This document shows, piece by piece, positions 21,093 through 32,882 of a DNA stretch of 64,000 nucleotides; within the stretch, counting starts at the first letter, position 1; every line of letters begins with the position of its first letter. This stretch comes from Rebecca billardiae RCC1528 (Eukaryota; Protista; Haptophyta), in the NCBI GenBank assembly GCA_965240325.2, contig OZ251223.1, positions 186,001 to 250,000 of the forward strand, written 5' to 3'. The notes below the pieces were generated by a model. That model saw nothing but the letters and a program-made list of their open reading frames with translations, searched no databases and was not told where the DNA came from. A program made the position numbers and the translations under genes.

Positions 21093-21327
21093 CGCCCACG
21101 GCCTCTCGCCCGGGTCCTCGCGCACAACGGGGCGACTCTGGACGTGACGTCGTTACATCGACTCGAGACTCGAGCTGATTCACCTATGAAGCGGGTAACA
21201 TTCATCCCACATTTTCGAATGTGATTGGCTCTTCTGCTCTCGATCGCTCGTCATCAGTCGGGCGCATCAAACGCCGCGGCGCCCCCAGCTGCCGAGCAAG
21301 CTCGTTTTTGGAGCCGCCGGCGGCGCA

Positions 21328-22579
21328 ATGGCCGAGCTCGACGCGCAGACGGTCGACGTGCTCTCGCGCGTGGACGCCTTCTCGATCCAGCAGCGCGTCC
21401 ACTGGAAGGAGGCCGCCACGTGCGGCTGCTGCGAGTCGGCCAACGTGTACGACATCTTTGACGAGACGCACGGCACGCGGCTGATGGTCGCGGAGGAGCG
21501 CTCGGACGGGCTCACGCGCTGCTGCTGCGCGCCGGAGCACACGCTGCTGGTCGACGTGCACGCGGTGGACCCGGAGGGCAACAAGCTGTACCAGGTCATG
21601 ACCCTCGAGCGCCTCGGCTGCTGCACGCAGAAGCCGTGCCTCTGCTGCTGCTCGTGCGCCGCGCCGTGCACCGACAAGGCGACGGTGTACGCCGGCGCGG
21701 TCGAGGGGGAGGCGGGCGAGCTGCCGGCGGAGCGGATCCTCGGCGTGGCCGAGCAGCCCACCGTCGCGCAGGGCAGCGTCTTCACGCCGATGATCCGCGT
21801 GATGGACCGCTCGGAGAAGGAGATCGGAACCATCTCGGGCCCATGCCTCTTCGGCGGCTGCTCGGAGTTTTGCTTCGACTCGAGCTTCAGGCTGGACAAG
21901 GAGCGCGCGCTCATTCAGAAAGTGCGGCCGCGGGACCTGCAGGGCGCGCTGCGCGAGCTGGTCACCGACAGCGACATGTTCCGCATGCAGATCTCCGACA
22001 CCACCCTCGACCCGACCAGCAAGGCCAACCTGATCGGCTCCATGCTGCTCCTTGACTACATGTTTTTTGAGAGGGTGCGCGCGCGACACTGCTGCGCGCC
22101 GCGGCGGCTGCGCTCGCTCTGCAGCGCGCTGTGCACCGCGGCTGCGCTCGCTCTGCGCGCGCTGCGCCCTGCGCCTCGCTCTGCGCGGCGCAGCGCTGTG
22201 GGCGGGCTGGTGGGCGGGCTGTGGGCGGGGGCGGGCAGCGGGCCGCAGCGCTGCTCGAGCGGCCCGCAGCGCAGAGCTGTGTGCGGGTGGCCGCGCGCGC
22301 CGCCCGGTGCCAACTGTCAGGCACATGCGCTGGGCGACGGTGCTGTGGGCGCTGCCTAAAGGCGGGGGCCCGGCGCGAGCGCGCGGCGCGCCCGCCGACC
22401 CGCGCGGCCCCGCCCTGCCCCGGCGCCCACCGCGCGTGGTGCGGCCCCAGGACGTGGACATGTGCGACTGCAGCGGCGGCTCGCTCAACATCACGCTCTT
22501 CAACTGCTTCTGCTGCGGCTGCGTCGTGCCGTGCAAGTGCTCGTGCAGCGGCGGTGGCGAGGGCGGCGGTGGCGAGTAG
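21328..22579 (+). CDS. Phospholipid scramblase family protein; exons 21328-22074 and 22451-22579
   Basis: FSIQQRVHWKEA..CESANVYDI, AEERSDGLTRCCC, Cys-rich segments, DSDMFRMQI...KANLIGSMLLLDYMFFE. Intron 22075-22450. Confidence 0.85.
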
Positions 22580-22887
22580 CACGGCCTGTCAGAGCCTCTG
22601 GCCTGCCGTAGCGGCCTGAGATGGTGTCCGGGCACAGACCGGACGATCGAGCACTGCTCAGACTGACTGCTCATCAGCTGCTCATCAGCGCGCTATATAA
22701 AATTAAATAAGTAGCAGCGCGCAATATGCCGATACATATACATGCATACATGCATACATCATCGCGACGATGATTAGATCGATATATATATCGCGCGCTA
22801 CTGATGACGATGATCGACTGCGCTGATGCTCCGACACTTGATGAGACTCATGACGATGCGCTGGCTGCATGATATTGATAATATAGG

Positions 22888-22939
22888 GAGAGACGGAGAG
22901 AGCAGAGAGAGAAAGAGAGAGAGAGAGAGAGAGCGCGAC

Positions 22940-22995
<56 letters not shown>
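22888..22995. repeat. (GA)n microsatellite
   Basis: Long imperfect gagaga run between convergent genes. Confidence 0.95.
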
Positions 22996-23167
22996 GAGAG
23001 CAACGGCGGTCGTCAGTATAGTGATCTGATGATGATGGCGCTTCCAGCAGCCTGCGCAGGCAGGCCACAGCGCAGTACCGGCTCAGAGACTGAGTTCTAA
23101 CTCATCTAAGAGTGTCGTAGTGCATCAGGCCGGCCCGCGGCCTAGTGCCCGCGCTGACGGCTCAGGC

Positions 23168-25398
23168 TCAGCCCTCGAGAGAGAGGAAGATGCGCGCTCC
23201 GTTGTACGAGTAGTAGAGCAGCTCGAACTCGCGCTCGTACGAGCTGAGCCGTCGGAGGGCGAGGCCGTGCGCGCCGTCGTCCACGGCAGAGGCGGCGCCG
23301 CCGGCGCCGCCGCCGGTGCCGCCGCCGGAGGCGGCGGCGGCGCCGCCGATGCCGCCGCCGCCGCCGCCGTTGCTCAGCCGGCGGTCGGCCGCGTGCAGCC
23401 GCTCGCCCAGCCGCGCCTTGTCCGCCGCGAACTTGGCGCTCACCGCCTCGAACCAGCGCAGCCCCTCGAACGCCTCCGACTGCCCGAGCAGCCGCAGCAG
23501 ATACGCAAGCCCGAGTGCGAAGCCGTCGTCTGTGAAGCCTCCTCCCTTCATCCGCTTGAGGAGGCGGTCCTTGGCGAGCAGCTGCGACTCGACGTGGCAC
23601 AGGGTGAGCGCGGGCACGAGCGCGTAGAACGAGCGCAGGTGCGCGTTGCGCTCGGACTGCATCGACGCCGAGAACACCTGCGCACAACACGCGCGCAGCG
23701 CAGCACACACACACGACGCGCGCGCAGCGCAGCACGCGCGCGCGCGCGAGCGGCTGGCCGTCACACCCCAGAACCCCCCGGCGACGGGCGGCGGGCCAAG
23801 GCCGGCGGCCCGGCCGACGGACGCACGGCCCGCCCAAGCACGAGCGCACGCACGCGCGCGCGCGCGCGCGCTCTGCGCCGGCGGCGCCGCGCACCTCGAG
23901 CAGCTGGAAGAACTCGGCGCCGGCGCGCGCGCTCCGCGCGGCTGTGCGCACGCACTCGTCCAGCGCGGCCGCCGCGCGCCGCGTGCGCGCGGACAGCCCC
24001 GCCTCCTCCGCGGCGCGCGAGAAGCGGCACGCCGGCGCCGCGTCCGGCGCGGGCGCGCCTGCCGCGCCCGACGGCGCGAGGAGCTCGTCGTCCGGGAGCG
24101 GCACGCCCTCGATGGCGTTGACGCACGCGCGCAGCGCGCCCGCGCGCGCGAGCCGGACGTATCCGAGAACGTTCCCGATCTCGGCGACGAGATCGCGGAA
24201 GAGGTCGACGAAGGCGCGGCCGTCCTCTGCGCAGCCGAGCGCGCGCATCGCGCCCTGCAGCGCCTCCGCCGACGAGTACGCGTAGCGGTGCACCCCGTGC
24301 GCCTGCGCGCGCGCGCCGTATGGCGTGCGCGCGGCGCGGCGCGTCAGCGCGCGCGGCCGAGGCACGCGGCTGAGGCGCTCCGCGGGGCCGCCGCGCCGCG
24401 CGGGCTGACACGCTGGCGCACCGCGGCGGCGCGCGCACGCGCTCGCGTGGCGTGCGCCGCCCGTCCGAGCCGCGCGCGCGCGCGCACGTCGGCGCGCATG
24501 GCCGCGGTACACACACACACGTACGCACGCACACGCACACACACGTACGCACGCACACGCGCGCACGCGCGCGCGCACGCGCGCCGCGCGCTCGCAGCGT
24601 CGCACGGGCGCGGCCTCACCTTGCGGTCCTGCGCGATGGCCCGGACCTCGCGCGAGAGGCGCGCCTTGACGTGCTCGTCGAAGAGGAACTGCGAGAGCAC
24701 GAACAGCTTGCTCTTGAGCAGCGTGTAGCAGTAGTTCACGCCGGTGGGCAGCACGCCGTGCCCGTGCGTGCGCACGGAGTTTGCCGCGTGCCGCACGCCG
24801 AGGGTGTTCAGGTGCTTGGCGTCGCCTCTCGCCTCGACGAACGCGTGCGTGTGCAGGTTGTACCGGTACCGCCGCGCGAAGTGGCCGAGGTGGCGCATCA
24901 CCTGCAGCGCGTCCAGCCCCTGCTCGAGCGTGCCGCCCGGCAGCCGCGGCTCGACCAGCTCGAGGCCATGCAGGGAGGCTGCAAAGCGCGGAGCGAGCGG
25001 GGCGGAGCGGGGCGGCGCGGGGCGCGAGGCGCGGGCGCGCGCGCGGCGCGGCCCGCGCGTGAGCGCGCGCGGCGCGGCGGCACAGCGCACGCGCACACAC
25101 AGCGCGAGCACACGCCCGCGCCGCCGCCGCCGCGCACCTGCGAGCATGCGCATCTCGACGTACGTCTCCCAGTCCGAGAGGTTCATCGCGCTGAGGTTGT
25201 AGAAGCTGCGCTCGAGCGCGCCGCTCACGCGCCGCCGCAGATGGAGGCAAGCGCCACACGCGCGCAACGGTGGGAGAGCCAGCAGCGCGCCGTGCGCGGC
25301 GGGCGGCGTGGCGGGCGCGGCGGGCGTGCCTCCGCCGCCGCCGCCGCCGGCGGCGGCGGCAGTGGCGCTGACGCCGCCGACGCCGCACGACGCGCCGC

Positions 25399-25429
<31 letters not shown>

Positions 25430-25686
25430 CTCGGCCGCGCCGCCAGCGCAGGCCGTGTCTCCGCCGCCTGGCTGCGCGCCGCCTGCGCCGCCGCCCGCGC
25501 CGCCGCCGCCGCCGCCGCCGCGCAGCCCTTTCACGTGCGCGGAGAGCACCGCGAGCCGCAGCTCCGTCTCCACGCCCTCGCACAGCGGCCGGATCACCGC
25601 ACCGTCCAGCGCCCGCAGCAGCAGCCGGCGATACGCCCGGGCGAGCGGCGATGCGCGCGCACTCGCCTCCGCCTCCGCCGCCGCCT

Positions 25687-25717
<31 letters not shown>

Positions 25718-28408
25718 GCCGCCACTGCCGCCGCCGCCACTGCCGTCACCGCCGCCCGACGCGGCGGCGCGGCCAACGCGCGCGTGCGCCGCCGCGACCA
25801 TCGCCTCCGCGTCGGCGAACGCGCCGAGCAGCAGGGGCAGGTCGCGCGCGCGCGCGTGCGCGTGCGCGCACGCCTGCGCCAGCAACGGCTCGGCCATGCG
25901 ACGCGCCCACCACAGACCGCCGCCGTGTGTCGCGGCGCGAAGCCGGTCCGGGTAATCCGGGAGGCAGGCGAGCGCCGCGAGCAGCCGGCGCGCCTCCGCC
26001 TCCGCCTCGGCGGCCGGCGCGCCCCCGCCGCCGACGCCCCCGCCGCCGACGCCCCCGCCGCCGACGCCCCCGCCGCCGACGCCCCCGCCACCGACGCCGC
26101 CCGCCGACGCGGCCGCCGCGGCGGCGGCCGACCCCGACGCCGCGGCCGCCGCGCCGGCAAGCAACGCGCGCGCGCCCGCGAGCTCTAGTGTGAGCCGCAG
26201 CAGCAGCAGCCGCGCGGGCGTGGGCGGGCGCGCGAGCAGGCGGCTCGCGACGCGCAGCGCGGCCAGCCTGTCGAGGGCCGCGTCGTCGAGCCGCCGGCCG
26301 CTGCCTTCAATCTGCGCGCGCAGCGGCGCGAGCAGGCAGGCGAGCCGGTGGCGCGCGGCCGCGCACGCGTGCGGCGCGCTGCGCGCCAGCTGCCACTGCC
26401 GCCGCGCCACCGAGTCCTCGAGCGCGCGCACGGCGCACAGCGCGCGGCACAGCGCGCGCGCCGCGTCGGCGCGGAGCGGCGCGCCAAGCGCCAGGTGCGC
26501 ACGGAGGGCGAGGCCGAGCGCGCGCGCCGCGCACGCCGCCATGTCCGCGCCCTGGCACAGCAGCGTGCCGTAGCTCAGCAGCGCGGCGCGCGCGCGCGCG
26601 CCGCCGCCCGCAGCCAAGTGCGCGGTCGCGTGCCGCTGCGCGCCGCCCGCGCCGCCGCCGCCGCCGCCTCCCCCACCGGCGGCGGCGGCGGCGGCAGCTC
26701 CGAGCTCGTCCGCGGGCGCGGCCGCCTCGAACCGGCACACCCACCGACACACCGCGCCGCACAGCACCGGCGCGCCCGCGACGATCTCGGCGTCGAGCGC
26801 ACGCAGCCTCTCGGCAGCCGCGGCCGCGGCGGCGTCTGGCGTCGCGCCGCGCGACAGCGGAGGCGCTGTGCGCAGTAGCCAGTCCGCCGCCCGCAGCAGC
26901 ACGGGCGCGCCGCTCGGCGCAGGTCCAAGCAACAGCAGCGGGCAGCGCACCGCCAGCGCCCACGCCGCGGACCACAGCCGCTTCGCGCCGGCGGAGGCGG
27001 GCTTCGCCGAGCCGGCGCGCGCGCCCGACGCCGCGCGCACGCCGCGCGCGGTCGCCGCCGACGTCGCGCGCACTGCCGCGCTCAGCCCCGAGAGAAGCGA
27101 CGGCAGGGGGCCGCCGCCGGCAGCATGGCCGCCGGGGCCGGCGTGGGCGCCCGCGCCGCCCGCGCCGCCGCGCTCGCCGCCGGCCGCCGCCCACGCCTCC
27201 GACGCGCGCGCCGAGAGCGCGGCGTGCAGGCAGTACAGCGCGAGCGCACTCGCCGGCGCAGAGTCCTCCGGCCACGCGCGAGATGCAATCTCGCCCACGC
27301 CCTCGGCGGCGGCGGCGTTGGCGCCGCCGCCGCCGCCGCCGCCACCGCCGTCACTGCCGCCGCCGCCGCCGCCCGCGGCCGCACCGCCCGCAGCGCCGCC
27401 GCCCAACAGCGCGCTGGGCACGCCCGCGAGGAGCGCGTTGGACGCACTCGACGCGCCGCCGCCGCCGCCGCCGCCGCTCGCGCCGCCGCCGCCGCCGCCC
27501 GCCGCGGCCGAGCTCGCGGCCGCGGCGGCGAGCGCGGCGTGCACCGCCTCGCCCAGCCCGTCGATGAACTCGCGCGCGTACACCGCGCCGGGGCGCGGCG
27601 GCTCGGCGCGCGCCGCCGAGCCGCTCGGCGCGTCGAACTCGAGCGCCAGCGCCGCCCGGAACGTCGCCCCATGCGGCAGCAGCTCCGACTCAACTGCCGC
27701 GAGCTGGGCGTCTAGAGTGCCGAGCGCGCGCGGCGGCGGCGCGCGCGCGGGCGGGAAGGGCGCGGAGCGCACGGCGGCGATGGCGCGGCGCGTGGCGGCG
27801 ACGGCCGCGCCGAGCCGCGCGTTGCCCGCTACCGCCTCGTCCACGCCCACCAGCGTGAGCAGCGCCTCGCCGAGCGCTCCGAACGCGCCGACGAGCCGCG
27901 CGCCGCGGATCGCGTCTCGGCCGACGCCCGCCGCGTACAGCGCCTGGCGCGGCGAGAGGAGGGCGGCGAGCTGGCGCACGAGCGCGAGGATGAGCGCGTG
28001 CAGCCGCTGCACGAACGCGCGCAGCTCGAGCAGCAGCGGCAGGTGCTCCGCTAACGCGAGCTCGAGGTGCGCCGCCGCGGCCGCGCGCTCGCTCGGCGGC
28101 GGCGCCGCGTCGTCCGCGCCGAACAGGGCGAGCGGCGCGTAGAAGTCGGCGGGCGCGCGGAGCGCGAGGGCACGGATCTCGCCCGCCAGCGAGCCGAACA
28201 CGAGCAGCAGCTTGGCGAACGGCTTGTTGTCCGACGCGGCGAGCGCGTCGAGCGGCGCGCGCTCGCGCGAGCGCATGTCTGGCTGCACGCACGCGTGGCA
28301 CGCGCCGCCGACGGCGGGCGCGCCGGGCGTGGGCTCGAGGAGGGCGTGCAGCGCGGCGGCGTGCTCGACGGTCAGCTGCTCCAGCCGCGAGAGCGCCTCG
28401 TCCGCCAT
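23168..28408 (-). CDS. WASHC4: WASH complex subunit 4 (SWIP/WASH-7); introns 24979-25137, 24303-24619, 23678-23894
   Basis: FYNLSAMNLSDWETYVEMR, LPGGTLEQGLDALQVMRH, NSVRTHGHGVLPTGVN, LSQFLFDEHVKARL, IGNVLGYVRL, FTDDGFALGLAYLLRLL. Many poly-Gly/Ala insertions. Confidence 0.9.
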
Positions 28409-28651
28409 CGTGGCGTGGCCCCTTGCGTGTGTGGCCTTGCGCCACACACGTGGCCCCTAGTGTGTAGTGTGTGTGGCCTTGCGCTCACGCTGGCGCGCCG
28501 GCAGCCATCGCGCAGCCGCTTCGCGCTCTCAGCCGGCGGGCGTGCGGCCCGCACCACGCAAGCCGGTCGGTCCGGACGGGAGGAACAGCTCAATCGTCCT
28601 CGGCTCGCCGCCGCCGGCCGAACTGCCGACGAAGGCGTTGGCCTGGTGCCG

Positions 28652-29819
28652 ATGGCCGCCGCCGCGCTGCTGCTGTGCTGCGCCGCGGCCGCCGCCTCGG
28701 CGGCGGCGGCGAGCGAGCCCACCGCGGTGAACATGACCTGCGCGCGGCACGGCGCCGCGCCGGGCGAGCCCGGCGCCATCCCGCGCAAGCTGCATGCGAT
28801 TTGGTGGCCGGGGCAGGCGCACCTGCCCGCGCACCTCAAGCCCAGCCTGAGCTCGTGGCTGCAGCACCACCCGGGGTGGGAGACGTTCGTGTGGGGCGAG
28901 ACGCAGGTGCGCGACCTCGTCACCAAGGAGCTCGGCTGGCTCTCCCCCGCGTGGAAGCGCGTCTCCGCCGTCGGCCGCCGCGACCTCGCGCGGTACGTGA
29001 TCCTGTACCACCTGGGCGGCCTCGTGGTCGAGCTGGACGTGCACTGCCTCCGGCCGTTCGACGCGCCGCTCGCGGGGCACGGGCTCGTGCTCTTCGAGCC
29101 GCGCGAGGACCTGCGCGCCCGCGCCGCCGGGCCGAGCCCCGCGCTGCTCGCCGCGACGCCCGCCCACCCGCTGCTGCGGCGCGTGCTGGACGCCACGCCT
29201 GAGGAGGGCCTCGGGGAGATCGGCGGCGCGCGGCTCGCGGTGATCCTCGCGCGGTGCGAGGCGCTCGAGGCGAACGCGACGGTGGCGGCGCGCGCGGAGG
29301 GCGGCACCGAGCACGCCACGTGCGCCGCGGCCGACGGCTCGTGCGCGCGCGCCGCCGCGCCCGCGCCCGAATGCGGCTGCCGCGCCGCGTATCCCGCCGC
29401 GCCTTACTTCATGCCCTTCGACCCGGCGCTCTCGACGGACGGGCAGCGCGGGCCGGAGGAGCAGGTGGAGGCGATGCGCGCGTTCGCGGCGCGGCTCGCC
29501 GGCGCCGAGTTCCCGCCCGCCGGCGCGTACTCCGTGCAGTACGCGACGGACACGTGGCTCGCGTCGGCCAACTCGGCCGCGGCCGCACTCGTCGCGGGCG
29601 TCTCTCGCGCGCGTGGCCTGCGCGCCGGCGCGGCGGCGGCGGCCGCGACGAGCGACGGCGGCAGCGGGGACGGGGCGGCAGCGGGCGGGCCGCCGGCGGC
29701 GGAGCCGGAGCCCGCCGACCCCGTCTCGCGCGCGATGCAGATGTTCGAGCCGCTCGCCTGGTACTGGTGGGGCGAGCGGTACAAGTACCCACCTTTACCC
29801 ACCTTACCCGCGCACGGCT

Positions 29820-29850
<31 letters not shown>

Positions 29851-30238
29851 GGCGGCGCCCAAGCCGGACGTGAAGAAGGCGCAGCGCGCGTACACGCGCG
29901 CCACCGAGCTGCTGCCCAACTTCGCCGCGGCGCACTTCGAGCTCGGCAACATCCTGCGCGAGAAGCGGCGCCTCAGGCTCGCCCTCGACGAGTATGCAAA
30001 GGTGACCACCGCACCGCACCGCACCGCACCGCACCGCACCGCGGCGATAGCGCGGCGCGGCGCTAGCGCGGCGCGGCGATGCGCGGCGGTGCGGTGCGCG
30101 GCACGGCACACCGCCTCGCGGCGCGGCGCCCCCCGCTCTCACGCGTACCCGCGCCCTCCCTTGCGCTCGCCGCCGGCCGGGCCGCCCCCCCTTCCTTTGA
30201 CGAACCCGTCGTCGGATTGCACTCCCTCCATCCATCCA

Positions 30239-30281
<43 letters not shown>

Positions 30282-30780
30282 GCGCACGCGCGCACGCGCG
30301 CACGCACGCACGCACTCGCAGGCGCAGGCCGCGGACCCGTCCAACTACATGTACTCGAACAACCTCGGGCTTGTGCAGCTGCACGTGGGCAGGGCGGCGG
30401 ACGCGGAGGTGAACTTCAAGGCGGCGCTGGCGCTGTTCGAGCGCGGCGCCGCGCCGGCGGTCGACACCAACGCCAAGGCGGGCGCGATGGAGAATATCGC
30501 GCGCGCGCTCGAGGCGCAGGACAAGCCGGAGGAGGCGCTGCCGCTTTACCGGCAGGTCGCGCGCACCGGCACGGCCGCGCACCAGCGCTCGGTCGCGCCG
30601 CGCATCCTCGCGCTCGAGGGCAAGGAGAAGCGCATGCCCGTGGACGTGGGGCAGGAGGCGCTCAAGCGCGCGGGACAGAAGAAGACGCCGCTCACGCCAG
30701 AGGAGCTGCAGGAGGTGAAGCGCACGGGCGCCGTCAAGTTTGCGGAGAGGGTGTTCGGCGGGAGGCGCGCCGCCGCGTGA
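28652..30780 (+). CDS. Secretory-pathway glycosyltransferase (GT32/OCH1-like) with C-terminal TPR repeats; exons 28652-30001 and 30322-30780
   Basis: Signal peptide, IPRKLHAIW..SWLQHHPGWE..W, RDLARYVILYHLGGLVVELD, and TPR-like AHFELGNILRE / YSNNLGLVQL. Confidence 0.75.
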
Positions 30781-30931
30781 CGGCGAGTGTGAGGGCGGCG
30801 GCCGCCGTCCGACCGCGCGGGCGCGACTCACACTCGCTCACAGTCGACGATCGGCCCGAGGTCGCGAACGGCTTCCGAACGCCGCCCGATGTGATCACGC
30901 GTCTGCTGACGACGACTCATCTGATCATGTA

Positions 30932-32643
30932 GGGGGGCCAAACCGCCCATTTAAAAATGAAAAGCAAAGTCGCGTCGCATTTTCGCTCCGCCCTCGGCCT
31001 TTTAGGGTGGCGCGGAGCCTTTTTCTCGGACCCCGCTCGAAAATCGAGCTTCACGCCTTCGGACGCTCAGAGCTCGGTTCCGCTCCAGCGCGAGCGGCCG
31101 GAGGCAGTGGACCGCCGCGCGCTCGCGACCTTTGAGACGCCGAGATGGTCTCGGGTGCGCGCGCGCGTGACGCTGGTGGGCGCTACTGACCCGTGCCTTT
31201 GCGCCACCAGCGGCTCACCACCCGCTTCTTGGCCATCTCGCGCCGTGCGCGGCGCGCGTCGGCCGGCTTGAATTGGCGCGCTGCGTGCGCCCGTCACGCT
31301 ACCGCACGGTGTGGCTCATGATCAACTCGCACAGTTGAGATCGATGCTCGCACCAAGTGCCCGTGTATGTATGTGGATGCCCAGCTCGCCTAACCTGCCC
31401 TGCTGCGCCGGAATCGCCGTCAGCAGACCGGCGCGAGCTCGCGCGCAACACCTCCGCGGAGCTCGCAACTGTCATGTTCCGCTTGTAGGGCCCGTGTTTG
31501 CACCTGCCGTGGCACTTGCGATGGTCAGTACGTTGGGTATGGGTCACGTGTGCCCTCTGATGGCGTCTGGGCGCCTCCCATTCGCCTCTCAGGACGTCGC
31601 GGACGTGCTCGCAGGCAGCGGTTGGCTCATTCGACAGGTCCAACGTGCACTCGACCGTGCCTGCAAGCGCGCCCCTGTGACGCTCATGCCTGCAGAAGCA
31701 GATGCAGATGGGCCCTCATGCACCCTGGTGCGCCCAAGACCGGCGGGAGCGTCAGAGACCGTCTCAATCTTGACACCTTGCACACGCCGGCGCTTGCCGT
31801 TGGGCTCCGCGCAGCCAGCCAGGAGCGCCGAACAGCGCCGGATCAGCCTCTGTAGGCCGAATATCCGCCCCTAAGCCCAGAAATAGCGCGGAACAGGGTA
31901 GTGCGTACCTATATGGACCAATCCCATCCAGCCTGGTTTGGTGCAGACACGCCAGCCACCGCCTGGAGCAGACGTTTGCTGCCGAATCGCATGCTCGGCA
32001 CTGTGCCGCACTGCGACGACGACAGATTTGACCTGCCTCGTAGGTCTCGGCCAGGGAGCGGTGACGGTTGGCTCGAGTCACTTTAAACCTTGACTATGAC
32101 CGAGAGCACTCCCGGGCTAAGGACGTGGGGCCGGTGCTTTGGGTCTACTATGTCTGCAATACGCCGTACGCGTGGCCGTATACACAGTCTGAAAACGTAT
32201 CTCGCAGCTCGAGATCAGACGAGGCTGTATTCATCAGCATGGCGCCTATATACACAGTGGGTATGTAACGATCGGTGGCTTCTAGGAAACTACATATTTG
32301 ACAGCCTGCCAGTACACAGCCTATATCGCATGTTGGGACCTGCTGCTGCTGGGGACTCAGAACGATCTCGCTGAGATGCTCTATCAAAGTGAGGTCGACA
32401 TGGTCTATATGTCACATATAGGACGACCGTTACATACCGTTTCCAATAAGTTCAGGCTCATTCTAATAAGTAAATATGCTAGCCGTTACGCCTTATATTC
32501 AGGGTATGTGCACCTGATTTTTTTACATGGCCGGCCCAGACCCCTCCAGAGGGCAAATGATCCAGCCCGAAATCAGCTCTAAACACTCGCTAGGACCCGC
32601 GCTCGTGGCCGTCAGTAACGCTACAGTGCCACTTTGGCCCCCC
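30932..32643. mobile_element. 1.7-kb TIR DNA element with TA target-site duplication, no intact transposase seen
   Basis: ta|ggggggccaaa (30930-30942) ... tttggcccccc|ta (32633-32645) bracket a lower-GC island containing only fragmented ORFs. Confidence 0.65.
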
Positions 32644-32882
32644 TATCTGATGAGTGATGAGAGAGACAGAGTGCGCTCGAGAGTCGAGTCCCACTCCGCA
32701 CTCGCTGCACCTCCGCGTACTCTACTCATCGATATAATGACTCGCGATCAGACGATATCGATCGGATGAGACATGACGAGTGAGTGACGGATCTGCTCGG
32801 CCTCGGGCTCGCCGCTCGGGCGCTCGGCCTCGGACTATCGTACGTCTATCCAGGCTACATCCGCCCGCACGGTGACGGCACG

